Origin: Balanoglossus misakiensis
Taxonomy: Eukaryota; Animalia; Hemichordata
Direction: 5' to 3'
DNA length: 64,000 nucleotides
Assembly: GCA_040954595.2 (NCBI GenBank)
Contig: CM082577.2
Location: forward strand, 19,628,303 to 19,692,302
The notes under the pieces are model-generated. The model was not told the DNA's origin. It saw only the letters and a list, made by a program, of their open reading frames with translations, and ran no database searches. A program made the translations under genes and the position numbers. Shown here one piece after another: positions 12,793 through 26,345 of the stretch. Position 1 is the stretch's first letter. The number at the start of each line of letters is the position of its first letter.

Positions 12793-14368
12793 AAGCCAAG
12801 CTTGCCTGGTAACAATTTTGCGATGTCAACAAAATTTCTCACAAATAACTCAGTGATGTTATATTGTTTGCCACTGAGTCAGGTTCAAAATGGCGAGTTA
12901 TGCGAGAAGTCAAAATCGATAGTCTGCGCCCTATTCTGCGCTCTTGATCTGCGCTACAAAACTGCGCTATCGAGTTCGCCAAACAACAAGTTCACACTCA
13001 AAACTGTGATGAAATCGAACCAAAAGTGTCCACCTTGCCACATCGTGTTTTGACGATGGATAATGACTCTGTAGTCATACTCATAGGCCTATGCCTTGTA
13101 ATTCCATGGTGGCTGCTGCCATGCCCTGGCCGCTCTTGCACTGAACGAACGCATGACATTTAGGTACACTCTGATGAGCCTATAGTTATAAGTGTGTTGT
13201 TGTAATTACGAACTAAGTTAACTTTACTGCTCAACTTAAAGTCTCACACGACATCACGGCCTCAAATAGCGTTATGGTGTACAAGCCTGCGTGCTGGTCA
13301 CAACCCGATCATGGAGAAAAGTGAGTCGAGTGGCGCAGATTGCCTGGCACAAAATGACTGTACCGATGAACCGAAGACTGTTTAACATAGCGCATACCAG
13401 TAGCATTACACAGACATTCAGGAAACCCTTTTCAGTAAAACAAAATGCTTCTAAAGAATATAACACATGATAAAAATCTCACAAAAATGGTCAAATAGTA
13501 CAATAATGGATAAATCGCGGCTATATCACGTGAGCCCCAAAACATTTCAAGTGTACTTGATCAGACTATTTTGTATTGGCGGTCCTAAATTTTATGGAAA
13601 AAATGTTGTCGATTAAAATGTCAGATTTCTGCTGATAAGTGATTTGATCACTGCTCAAGGTGTTTGCCGATGTCATTTGACTGGTACTGGTTTAGGCCCA
13701 GCCAGACCTTCAAAGTGAGAGGAAATATCATCAAATTCTGTACGTTATTCCTGGGCTTGGAAAACATAAGCCTGAGCCACTGTGCCATATTTGAGCCTGC
13801 ATATTGATTGATATTTCGTAAGTTGATGAATGTATGTCTCGTATTGTAGCTGTTTGTATTTATTACTCTGGTGATCTGCAAGATCTGTGGTGTGGATGAA
13901 ATGTAAACCCAAACGAATGTTGTTGTTATGAGGTGATAAATATGTTCATTTTGAATGCTTTTTATATTTACATTGTAACATTTTATACAACAATTTCTGA
14001 ATGCTTATTGAAATACATAATGGATTATCAGTTGCTTTGCCAGTGCATGTTTGCTTGTGTGATTGCTGTTCTCCACATTCCAATATGACCATACCAATTG
14101 GAAAATGGTCCCTGCCATATTACGTGGTGGAGGGCGAGACCGGCGCTTTTATCCCATGATTCAAATTACAAATGTACAGTCATTTGATGAAGCACTATAA
14201 TGCAACTTCTGCAAAAAAAATTCAGTTTTTGTACAAAATCTCAAGTTATTCATGGTCAAAATGGGTTTTACTGAATAACAGAACCCAACGATTGCACATA
14301 GGTAAACATCTGTTGGACTCAACTTCCCCTTTAAATAAATATAATTATCAGCTCAGGAAAAAACTTAC

Positions 14369-14460
14369 ATGTCATAAGTCTTCAGTAAAGGGAAGAAGAA
14401 ATGGCCAGCTACAGCTGCAAATCTATTGGGTACTGGTACAGCCTCAGGCTTGGATGGTCC
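14369..14460 (-). CDS. TELO2: TELO2 exon (GPSKPEAVPVPNRFAAVAGHFFFPLLKTYD)
   Basis: gtAG/GTaag; VAGHFFFPLL motif. Confidence 0.95.
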
Positions 14461-15169
14461 CTACCAATGAAATCACAGTAAAATGTTGGTTGTCAATTTA
14501 ATCTCCCTCAACTACACTGATGAGCACAGAATGAGTACTGTGAACCAAAGATATGCACTAATTTGTTGTATCAAAGAGACGTCTCTCTCGCTGCCCTATT
14601 TTCCATTAATTATGTTTGATACAAGACACCATTTATTGGAGCATGAACTTCAATGTTCTTACCAAAGAGTGCATGTATTGACTGGCCTTGAGGGTAACAG
14701 CATGTCTCTTTCCCCAAGGAACTGTGATATATGTTTAAAATGCCTCATAAATTTCACTCTGTGGAAAACAAGTCACGGAGGGTGACACGGTCCACACTGA
14801 ATTGAGATTGTCTCTGTGGGCTAGTGTTTTTGTATACCATCATGGTTTAGTCCAAACCCATTGTTTTCTGTGGTTAGGTTGGATCGCTAAAGAGGGAACT
14901 GGGAGTGAAAGGTTTAATTGCAGTGTTGTGATATCACTTTGGGAGTGTGTGGTATTTGGGTAGTTCACAGATATATAGATGATTTAGTTTTATTGATGTG
15001 TGAAAAGAAAGGATAACTCAGTCCACATATTTGTTTTGTTCCATGTGTTTGTTTCATCTATCAAATGGTCACAAAATGCTGCTGGACGCCAGTCGATATC
15101 CTTTAACTGCCCATACTACTATTGAACTGTCATTTCTCCCATTGGAATTGTGAATGGAATGTGAAATAC

Positions 15170-15349
15170 CTTTGCAAATATCCTGGTTTTACTATCTATT
15201 CTCTGTTGTACTATATCTCTCCAGTGTTTGGGAGTGTTGACATCATCACCTTCACTGACTGCTAAATTTGATCTATCAACAGTGGCATCGCCTTCATGTT
15301 TGACAATTTCACTTGGATCAGACAATTCCTGTGCTGCACTTGCTAAAAC
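15170..15349 (-). CDS. TELO2: TELO2 exon (VLASAAQELS...WRDIVQQRIDSKTRIFAK)
   Basis: catAG/GTattt; AAQELS and WR.IV..RI.SKT motifs. Confidence 0.93.
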
Positions 15350-15368
15350 CTATGAAGTGAAAAAAAAA

Positions 15369-16597
15369 TAGCGTCAAGGACACTGTGGTCCCATTTTAGG
15401 ATTATGCGGAAACAGTGACACACCAGAAAAAGTAGGTCAAAGGTCACCTGAAGTCATGCAAAATTTGGGCAAGAAATTTTGACCTTATACTGTTCCATGT
15501 TCAACAAAAACCACACCTATAGCCCTATTGGTTAGTCTGGAATTAGGTATGCACATAATTAATGAGATATGCAGGTGTCACAGGTGACCCCCCAATTTTG
15601 GCTTTTCAATTTTAGTCCCAACCCTACGAACGCCAAGTCTGTACCTGCTCTGGATGCCAAGAAATGGTAAAATAGGTCAAAGGTCACCTGAGGTCATGCA
15701 AAATTTGGGCAAGAAATTTTGACCCTATACTGGTCCATGTTCAACAAAAACCAAACCTATAGCCCTATTGGTTAGCCTGGAATTAGGTATGCACATAATA
15801 AATGAGATATGGAGGTGTCACAGGTGACCAATATTTTGGCTTTTCAATTTTAGTCCCAACCCTCCAAACGCCAAGTCTGTACCTGCTCTGTATGCCGAGA
15901 TATAGGAAAGTAGGTCAAAGGTCACCTGAGGTCACCCAAAATTTGGGCAAGAAATTTTGACCCTATACTGGTCCATGTCCCACAAGAACGAAACCTCTAG
16001 CCCTATAAGTTAGCCCGGAATTAGGTATGCACATAATGAATGTGTTAAGCAGGTGTTACAGGTGAGCCCAAAATTTTGCCTTTTATTTTGGCCCCATTGT
16101 GCTCACTGACCAATAGACAGTCACTGTACAGGACTATTGCACAGACCAGAATTCCACAATAAGACATGGACATAGCTTAACCATAGAGGTATAAGTAAAG
16201 GTATAAATTTAATAAAAAAATTCATAAAAAATAAAAAATCCATGATATTAACTGAACACTTACAGGTCGGTGTGAGGCTGACATAAGGTACATGCATACC
16301 AATTTTTAAAGCAATCTGACGAGTAGTTGTTGACTTTCAGAGTTTTGATAAATTTCACATTTTTCCGGCTAATTTGCATATTTTTGGGCCTGGCAACTTC
16401 GTTTGGATAAACTCCCATCTACAGCCCAGGCTGCACCTACACACCAAATATTGAGGTGATACACGCAGCGGTTTTCAAGTTTTTGATGTGGACGGACATA
16501 CAGACATACATCCATCCATACATACATACATACATACAGACGCAACCGATCCCATAAGGTCCCATGGTATATATGCCTATACCAATGGGACCTAAAA
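15369..16597 (+). mobile_element. HINE-like element, family A, with internal ~240-bp tandem units
   Basis: Same 5' and 3' ends as 4796-6233; internal units start with aggtcaaaggtcacctga at about 15434, 15674, 15912. Confidence 0.7.
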
Positions 16598-16683
16598 ATT
16601 GAAAACTTCCATATATTCATTGTTACAGTGATCATGTCTGTTTCCTGAGTATCAAAGTCGCTAGTTCCCTATCAATTTACCTA

Positions 16684-18023
16684 ATTATACCAAAATACAG
16701 TGGGGAGAATTCCTAAATTTAACTCTATTTCCCTGTCTGGTTTGAAGAATTGAGATTGGACATAACATAGTGGGGCTGCGCTGGCGAGTCTGGTGGTAAT
16801 TACCGGGAGGAACCATTTTCATCCAAATGGGCAGTTCAAGGGAATAAATAAAGAGTACAGATGAATACAATAAGGTCATAAAGGCATTTATTTCGATCCC
16901 AGGAAATGGGTGGGACGGGGCGGGGCGGAGCTCTGGCATGGCGACCACAAATTTATGCGTAACTCTGAGTGACGTTATCATCCACGAGTTTGTCTGCTTA
17001 TCTGGATGAAATCGTAATCTCAACCGCTATATCTGGAGGCAAATATAATAGTCCAACATGAGTAGCATAACAGATATAAAGTTGCCTCAATCATGGAGCA
17101 TGACTCAATGAAGTAGTTTTCATTAATATTTTGAATTTTTCGCAATTTTAAGCAAAAAACAATATGTTCCTAGGTTTTCTTTGAAAACCAATCTTCCCGA
17201 TGCAAGTATTTTTGTTCGCGTGGGATGGTGTGGGATGCCCGATATTCACCATTGTAATTGCCAGCGCGGAGACGTTCGGCACAGCAGTTTGGTCCGGTTG
17301 TTTATGCTTAGTAAATCATGGAGACGCGACGCCAGCTATGATTTGTTTATCTACGCAAGCGCACAGCTTTTATGAACGCCTATCAGGTGATAAAAGGATG
17401 AGAGCCTAATGTTATCTGCAAACAGATTAAGACAAACATGGGGTTCATAGGAAACAATAGCGTCCTTGCTCCTTCTCTTAAAGCTTGTTCTCACTAAAAG
17501 TTTCGACACTGGTGCTATGCCAGTGTTTACTCTCTACAAACACAGGGGATTAGCCCACAGAATCTCTGTGCGTCCACACACTAAACCTTTGGCCACTGTT
17601 TTGAAATAAACACCGTCTAAATGGCCATGTTTAGCAACACGGCAACTAACAAAATTGAGGAGTCATATATTATCAAACATGCTGCTTCGGCGCCCACCAT
17701 GTATCACTGATATATGTTGTTGGAACAATCTATTTATCAGTTGGGTAAGGTTGAAGTTAATATGACTATCTGAAGGATGTATCCCAAGATAGTGTATTTG
17801 TCAGATTTGTCAGATTAATTATATGAGACAAGATTGTATTTTATTCATCTGTAGTATTTATTCCCCTGAAATGACCCTTCAAAACTACATGAAAATGGTT
17901 CATGAACTTTATCCCAGAAATTACCGCCAGACTTGTTGGGGCCACCCCACAATCTCAATTCGTCACACTAGACAGGAAAATAGAGTTACATTTAGGAACT
18001 CTCCTCGCTACATTGTTCTAATT
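16684..18023. mobile_element. Diverged long-TIR non-autonomous DNA element
   Basis: About 16684-16880 is the imperfect reverse complement of about 17835-18023. Confidence 0.55.
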
Positions 18024-18298
18024 ATGCCATCACTGTAATGGAAAGCTTCCCTCTTGATAATTGTACCAATTAGATTACAGATTTTATTCTTTTGGTCAAT
18101 AAAAACTGTTTCATACATTTGCCCAGCGTGGTTGTTAGAAGGCTGTGTTGGATCAGGTTGCAAAACAAAATGGCTTCGATCTGTAAGCTAGATTATAGAA
18201 ACTGCACATTCATATGCAATGTCTGCTGTTTGACCAATTAAAAAGTGCACAGTAAACTGTTGAACCAGTTCATAAAAAGAACATAAACAATTTCCTAC

Positions 18299-18370
18299 CT
18301 CAAGAATATCCATTCTCTGTCGGATGTTATAATTTCTGCTATAAAATTCCTTAGTCAGATACCCACAAAC
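18299..18370 (-). CDS. TELO2: TELO2 exon (VCGYLTKEFYSRNYNIRQRMDILE)
   Basis: cacAG/GTagga; YLT..FY..NY..RQRMDIL motif. Confidence 0.95.
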
Positions 18371-19906
18371 CTGTGTGATGAAATTACCGTAACACATGGT
18401 GAATAATAATAGTATAAACCAATATGTTAGCATTGCAACACCTTGGAACAGGGTGATGAGTCTTTGCAGCCTAAGCTGCTGTTGGCAGAGAAGTGAAATC
18501 ATCATGAAAATAAATTGTGCAGGACAAGTTATACTTCATCTTTACTGGGAAAAGATTAAGTTTGGAACTGAATAATACCAGCTACTTCTCTACCACAAAA
18601 TTATAACATAGCGTCAAGGACACTGTGGTCCCATTTGAGGATTACACAGAAATAGGTATACACCAGATAATTTTCTCTGTTTTGTCAACAAATCTTCTCC
18701 TAAGCCACTTGTCCAGTTGCTTTGAAAGTTACTCTTTATATCAGCCCAAACGCAACCACCCAACGATGAGGGCGTTTATTGGAAAAAGTCACGTGACTAT
18801 TTTCAAAATGGTAGCTTATTTATGTTGTTGCGCTAACCTTCAGAAAACAAGGGTGATTTTGTCCGATTGGAGAGTAATTCACCTTGAAATGACAACAGTA
18901 TCGATAAAACTAGAATCGTATGGATATGTTGGCAGATTACTGCGCCTTAACCCTATGCAGCCCAGCTCATTTGCATAACAATGCACAGTGGAGACCAGAA
19001 CTTTCCACTCAAATTAGAAAATATTATTTAATGACTGACAGTGATTTCTTTTCTTCAATATAACCAAAAATGAGCTAAAAATTGACTGTAGCAACATATT
19101 TTCATATGAAATCTAACAAAATGGGCTCTCAAATGATGCTAAAATGATTATGAAAATATAAAAATTCCACTACATTTGACCTTTACTGAATATTCTTGAA
19201 CACGGTTTAGAGAAAATTTTAGTTTTTTTTTCAGCAACTACAGTTTGTCTTGGAATAAACATGAACAAAATATAGAGTCTGGTTGTCTTATTTATACTAT
19301 TTATTATAGTTTTTGTTATCCCTTTTACACTTCTGTGTTGTAACATGGCATTTATGTCAGTTGCCAGTCAGCTGAACTGCTCGCGCTCAAGCAGTAGCCA
19401 ATATGATAACATGCAACTATGTTCATTGCAATGCATACGCATTGAACTCCCACTCGACTGGTTTTGCAGGCATTTATATCATATGGCCGTTTTCTTTGAA
19501 TTACACCGTGGCCTGATCAATGGACAGCTCCTAAAATGCATAAAACTTGGCTGGAAATGATAGATGAACGATCTCTAACAGGGGCCGGATTTTGAACACG
19601 CGATCACAATCAGGTCACCTCAGGGCAAAACGAGGTCATTGTTGTTTACATGGAAAATACTCACAAAGTTTTTTGTATCTGCTCATTAGCATGATCTTAG
19701 AGATGCCTGGTACTTGAAATCTGTCACTTGTGAACTAATTTGACGTGTGGAAAACAGCGAACACGTATAAAAATATTCACGTAAATATTAAAACTCCCGT
19801 ATTTCATCAGCCTTGATTTTAGTACTGATCGAGTCAGCAGCGTGGACTTGTTGACATTGTGTAAAAAATGGTTAGGACCAGATTCCGAAAAAAACAGTGA
19901 TAATTT

Positions 19907-20760
19907 ATTATTATTATTATTATAAACTTTATTTCGGACTCATGGTCCATATTACAGTAGGATTAGTTGAAAGGGGAGAAAATAGATTACATATCTAAAT
20001 GACAAAAAGAAGCTTAACCCAAATGCTCAAAGTTTCAAAATTAAAATACAATATATCATGCACTTGCCGCACAATGACATTTTGGCAGTTCAAAAGTCTT
20101 TGTTTGAGACTAAAAATTTGCCTTCAATGCAGGGCATCGAATGTATCGATTCTGTTCGTCACAAACATAGAGCTTGCACTACTTCGTCTTTCATATCCCA
20201 ATAGGATACGAGCAGCGTTGTTGTATGCAATTTTCAATTTCCTCATTGTGCTGACAGTGAATTTTACCCACATTGGGCTTCCATACATTTGATAACAATA
20301 TGTTTTGAAGAGAATACTCTTAATGTCAAAAGTACATCTGAAAATATTTCTCTTAAGCATATTAGCTGACACATAACAACATTGCATCTGTCGCTCAATA
20401 TCATCATCATCATGGAGATGATTGTTGAGGGTAAATATAGATGCTTTTTCTTTGTTACAAATGCTAGTTTAACTCCATTAAGATAAACAGAAGGAATGCG
20501 ACGAATCATAGAAGAATCCGATTTGATACACATACAGTTAGTCTTTTTGTCATTAAATAAAATATCATGAGTATTACCATAGTCGCCACAGATATCGACC
20601 AACTTCTGAGTCCCCTTGACCGAGGGACTAATAAGACATATATCATCGGCATACATTAAATGGTTGATAAAATATCCTCCAATATTACAGCCTGTTTTGG
20701 AGTTTGACAACATCATACTCAACTGATCAACATAAATATTAATAACATAAATAAAATTCA
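19907..20760 (-). mobile_element. 5'-truncated LINE (RT C-terminal part), frameshifted
   Basis: GCNIGGYFINHLMYADDICLISPS; AYNNAARILLGY; (TAA)n tail at about 19907-19923. Confidence 0.85.
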
Positions 20761-21065
20761 ATCTCCGATATTACCAACGAACGTTGCGCAAGTCGCCCGG
20801 TGCTTCCGGTGAAAGTTCAACGGCCGCTGCCTCAAAATTCAAAACTTCCCATATCGAGATTCCCGTTCATGTTCATCAAAATCGCTAGCAGTTTCAACAT
20901 TTTTTAGTCCTAAAAATTCTTCCCAATCGTCATCCTTAAGAAAAATCAAATTATTTCGGCATATGCCACAGTTTTTCTCACAAAATTTGAGGTAGGTCAA
21001 GTCAGTTCTGTCAACAAATGTCGTGAATAAATTAACTAAAAGTAATCGGCAGCATCCTGTATTAT

Positions 21066-21350
21066 AACACACCATGCAGTGAACCCTCGATCGTGATTCG
21101 TCAATACGACGTCACGTGACCTTAGTCATTTCGAACTGTTGCCTGGGGCATCAGTTCGATCGGTTTGGTGTGCTATAAAACACATGATTACTGACATATT
21201 CGGGCAACAGTGTATTTTTAATGACCTCGGGACTGCCAGTCACACCAAAACAGTCTGTTTTCCCGAGGGCATAGCCTGTTTTAGTTGTGACTAGCAGCAC
21301 CCTCGGTCATCAAAATACACTGTTGCCCTCATTGTCAGTCATCATGTGTA
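21066..21350. mobile_element. Foldback-terminated element (sibling of 46451-46793)
   Basis: Near-identical leader cctcgatcgtgattcgtcaatacg.cgtcacgtgacc and hairpin arms. Confidence 0.8.
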
Positions 21351-23475
21351 TAGTGTCCCTTGAGATTAAATCTCTGATAACGGCAAAAGGTCAAATGGTC
21401 ACATGATATTTTCTTAGCGGGAAATGAGAGCCGATCATATGTTTAATACATCATTAGAAAAAGATAACACGTATTTCACAAGAAACCGTTACGTATCCCA
21501 CACTTTTTGAATCGCCCGATGTTCTGGAATCATTGGACGTTTACGGACGCTGTGGTTTCTCCCATATGGGACATCTGAGGGCGCTCTGGGCCGCACAGGG
21601 TGGGATTGGGTTGTAGACGTTTTTTCCCACGATCGACCGTGAATGAAAAACGGAGGTATTGTGATGTTTTTCAAGTTTACCGACCCGTATCTCAAGAAAT
21701 ATTGGAGGTTGCACAATAATCTTCACGCCACAAGTTAGGTAATTTATCAGTCTAAAGCTGTGTGAAATTTTAAGTGTTTCGGACGTTTTATATAAAAGTG
21801 TAGACTGTCGACAGTCCCTCGCGCCTAATGTGTATCGATTCGGCGTTTCGTGCAAGGGCCGAAGGCCCGATTCGGCGTTTCATGGTGCGAGGGCCGAAAG
21901 GCCCGAGGGACTGTTATAGCTTGCAAGCCTTGCCTTGATATTCATTATGCATGCAGAAAATGACGTAGTAAAATTTGCATATAGGGGCGTAAATTAAGGT
22001 CACCGTGTTCATGAGTTTATGACGTATTAACTGTCAATCATTTTACAGGGGCATTTTCCCACAGTGCCCGTGTGAGGACGAAACAAGGTATAACAGTCCC
22101 TCGGGCCACGCCCTCGGGCCTTACGGCCATCGCACAGCGAAACTATTTTACAAAAAAGTGCGGCGCTTTCTTGTGAACCTTGCACTTTCCGTGACACGGC
22201 TCGACTTCTGCGTTTCGTGCAGGCGCAGCCAGTTTTCACGATGTGAAGTGAACTGCGCGATTGTTTTGTCCGTAGACCCTAGGGTCTATGTTTTGTCTAG
22301 TGACCGTGGAACGGGCCACACTTTCTTGGATATAATAAAAAAATTAAATTACTGTAAAACTGTGTATGACTCTGTTCCTACAGATATATTCCTACGATTT
22401 ACAATGTCAATTTTCAGTGCATTATTGCCGATGCTACGGCCGGGTGCTACGGGCACTGTTTAATAGCTCTGCTTGGCTGGGCTGCGTGTCTTATCACCGC
22501 AGACGTACACACACAGCCCCGGCTGCCACGCAGAGCTACGGGCACTGTGTACATGCACGTATGTCCACGGTTCATCTTGATTGCCACAGTGATTCATATT
22601 TTGAAGACTTGAGCACAGTGTCAAAAGAAAAGAAATGACTGAAGTTATGTTTATTGAGAACAAGCTTTTGTAATTTGTCTATTCTGATACATAGACTGAC
22701 CGCGTCCATGATTTAGGCAGTACGAGCTGTACGACTACGAGTGAAATCCTCAACTAGGCCCCCTGTGACTTTGGCCTTCCACTCTCCACAAACTGTTCTG
22801 TGTTCAGAACGGGGAGAGAGCAAGGGGAGGCAGTACAAGATTTATACGCTGGAATACAGAGATCATGCCAGCCACATGCTAGCCAATTTCGACACAATGA
22901 AAATTTGATGATTGCAGACTCTGCAGAGCAACAGTTCGGCGATACAAATCGACCGAGTACATGCAAAGCTATGAGCTACTCTGAGGCTGTTGCGTCACAA
23001 TATGGGCTAAGTTTAAGGAGCTCTTGAGCGAATACCTCTGGGGGTTGCATCATGATTTTTTTAATTTTATTACAAGATATATCGAATTCACTGAAAATTA
23101 TGTTTAAATTTAAAAATTCATTTTTATATAAAAGTGCGGCAGTTCGTAAAAACCCGGAAGTGCGGCGTGTTTTGATTTTAGTTGTTCTGGGTTCACTCCG
23201 TAATTCGCTCATTTTTGCAAAGAAAACATGTTCTTTACCAACAAAAAACATACAGATATGTAGTTTAGATATAATTTTGCCCATGTTATCAGTTTGAGTC
23301 ATTCAACTGCCGTCCCTGCTTGTTAATTTGGCATTAAAAAAAGCGCGGGACTTTCGCATGCCACTTCTGGCTGTGTGTACGACAGAACGTTGAGGGCGTC
23401 ACCAGAACTAGAAAGCTGGGCAATTAACGGTCAAACGGCTGACCTGCGTTCGGGCTGATATGAGGTGGGTGAAAC

Positions 23476-23513
23476 CATAGGCAGAGTAGGAAATCTTCCC
23501 TCTACTGTCTATG
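23476..23513. mobile_element. 38-bp P-like micro-element
   Basis: catag...ctatg palindrome flanked by direct repeat gtgaaac. Confidence 0.55.
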
Positions 23514-23859
23514 GTGAAACCCCTACTGAGAATTTACATTATTCATGTTTACATAACTTTAATATCCCAGCTGTTACAGAGACCACCAGCTATTTTATCA
23601 TAAACTAGTGGTAGGTCAGTGAGTGTCTCTGTCTGTACTGTTTGTCTGAAAGAAGTTGCACTGCTTCTAAGATTGCTATGACACTCGATTGGGCATGTCC
23701 CTCTAGTTAATTTCTTTTTACATGTCCCTGTTTATATATGGCTAAGTCATATCTGCTTGCCAATGTCACCTGTGATTTTAATTCTGCTGTATACCTATTT
23801 CTGTGTAGTCCTCAAATAAGACCAAACCAGTGTCCTTGATGCTATGTTTTACTGTTTCT

Positions 23860-24040
23860 CACATACATACATACAAACAAACATACATACATACATACAT
23901 ACATACATACATACATACATACATACATACAAACATACATACATACATACATACATACATACATACAAACAAACATACATACATACATACATACATACAT
24001 ACATACATACATACATACATACATACATACATACATACAT

Positions 24041-24071
<31 letters not shown>

Positions 24072-24085
24072 TACATACATACATA
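23860..24085. repeat. (TACA)n/(GACA)n microsatellite
   Basis: About 55 tetranucleotide units. Confidence 0.97.
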
Positions 24086-24971
24086 CCGTAGTTGTTCGGG
24101 TAAGAGCCCCTGTGCGGGCAAACGCCCCCCTATGGTTTTAGGGCCCATTTGAATTTCAAGGTTATATCTGGTCTAAAGCCCCCCCCCCCTCCCTCGGCCG
24201 AATATCCATTAAATTCTTGGAAATTTAAAAAAGTGCAATGCAAAAAAGGCGGATTTTCATCCCCAAAGTCACTAAATGTGAAAAAAAAAAAAAACTGTAT
24301 GATCATTGACTTTCGCGCTGATTATCGTACCCACGGCGGCCGACTGACCACGCTGAGTTATAGATAGCCGCTCTAGAAAACATGACCTCAGACAGGTCCC
24401 TCGGAACCGTGCCTCGAATTCAACGATCACATAGATGGACGCGCTGCCGCGTATGAAGTCACCGGAGAGCTTTCCAAAGCGGCCGCGTGGAGCTGCTTCA
24501 GTCCGTCCTCGACGTGAAATGCCCAAAATTGGAAGGTCCCGACTTGGACTCGGAGAATAAACCACTCAAAAATTCCGGTAGAGAAAGGCATGATTTCCAC
24601 GATGCCAATGCATCATTTTGTTCAGAAAACTACACATAAAGATAGATGTATTTATGTGCGTCCGTCGACGTCTAAGTAAACTATAGCATGTAAGAAGGTG
24701 AACATGCATCGACCATTTACCAATGTCCCAGTTAAACAAGATGTTTTGTCTGCGCCCATGGGGTCTCGATTAAACGGCGGCGACTGTAACATGTTTTCTA
24801 TATTTGATTTATGGGAAAAAAACTTTTTATTATTTAATAAAGTACATTGTTTGACCGTGAAATGTTTTGCCATGTTATTTGCATCATTATTCACCCCTTC
24901 CTCGTGTCCCTAGGCCCCTCATTTGCATAAAAGTCGAGGTGGTGTCCTGGCAAACGCCCCCCCCCCCCCCC

Positions 24972-24972
<1 letters not shown>

Positions 24973-25049
<77 letters not shown>

Positions 25050-25133
25050 CATGTACATACATACATACATACAGACGCAACCGATCCCATAAGGTCCCAT
25101 GGTATATATATACATATAAAGCAAATGGGACTT
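24973..25133 (+). repeat. (TACA)n plus family A 3' end
   Basis: acagacgcaaccgatcccataaggtcccatgg...aatgggact; may pair with the family A 5' end at 18610. Confidence 0.7.
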
Positions 25134-25767
25134 AAACTGTTGAACCCTTTCAAGCCTGGCTTTCTGGGAAAGAATCTGAATTTCTCCTATATATATAGGA
25201 TATCTGGCCAGAAAGGGTTAAAGACCAAAACCAGCAAAAATTGCCCCAAGAATATGAATTTCACCAACAATCTCACATCTACAGTGTTCATTCTATGTAC
25301 TGTGTACACATCAAAATCCACTGAGATATGTGGTCTAGTATTCGAGCCTTTACTGTCGACGGACAGACAGACAAAATACTTTTGAAGGCAGAGAAGTGAC
25401 AGTACAATTCAAGTGGATGGAGGATTTTTTTGGACAGATAATAAAGACGCCTTATACGAAACGATTTTCCTCCTGCAATGAGACTGGCAATAGAGCTTTG
25501 CTCGGTGATTACTTCCATCAAAATATACTAATTTTCACCTCAGACGTCTTATATCCACAACGAAATACCCTCGCTAGCTGTTTATAGCCTAGAAATATGA
25601 CATGGGAGCTTAAAAAAATATCCAATTAGATTCAAGACAACAGAAAAACTGGAAATGTCCATAAAGGAAAGCAGAATGTTCAAGCATTTTTTCTAAGAAT
25701 TAAATAAGCATTTGCATACAACAGATTGATAAGATGATAGCACATGCATAAAAATCTGGGGTCTGAC

Positions 25768-25884
25768 CTGAATTGGGCAAAAGACAGCTACTGCAACCAT
25801 TGCTGAGTGTCTCAGGAAGATGAAGTTGTCAATTGTGAAATTGTCTTGTAAATGTAGAAGGAGTTTTACAAACTGCACACTGAC
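25768..25884 (-). CDS. TELO2: TELO2 exon (VSVQFVKLLLHLQD...AMVAVAVFCPIQ)
   Basis: ctAG/GTcaga; resembles VSVELAKVLLHLEE...ALVAVTV. Confidence 0.92.
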
Positions 25885-26345
25885 CTAGAAAATGCAAAAA
25901 GTGATGTTATAGAAAAATATACTGTAAAAAGATGGAAAATAACAAAAAACTTACATTAAATTTACCAAATAAAACTCCGTTTGCAATAACAATTTTGCTA
26001 TTTTCAAGCATTTTTGTTCTGTGTCAAGGTTTCTTTTTTGACTATATTAAATCATGATAAAATGACCAGTATACCGGTATTATGTTTTCATTGAAATCCA
26101 GCCTGGACTTAATACAGGTAAATTTAGTATGCAGCCGAAAGATGGACAAGAAAATGTAGTTGATAATCAGAAAAATAACCAAAAATAACCAAAAATTACA
26201 GTTAATATTCTTCTCAAGTCACACATGTAAAATTCCAACAGAAGTGATTGTGTTTTGGATGAGTGATTATGCGCAAACACACACAATAGGAACTAGGTCA
26301 AGTCTTTCCACAGAGTTCATCAGAAAATACATGTATTAATTTTAC

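Noticed and set aside
23830-24152. Overlapping ORFs with HTYI/MYVC repeats
   Set aside because: Translations of a (TACA)n microsatellite
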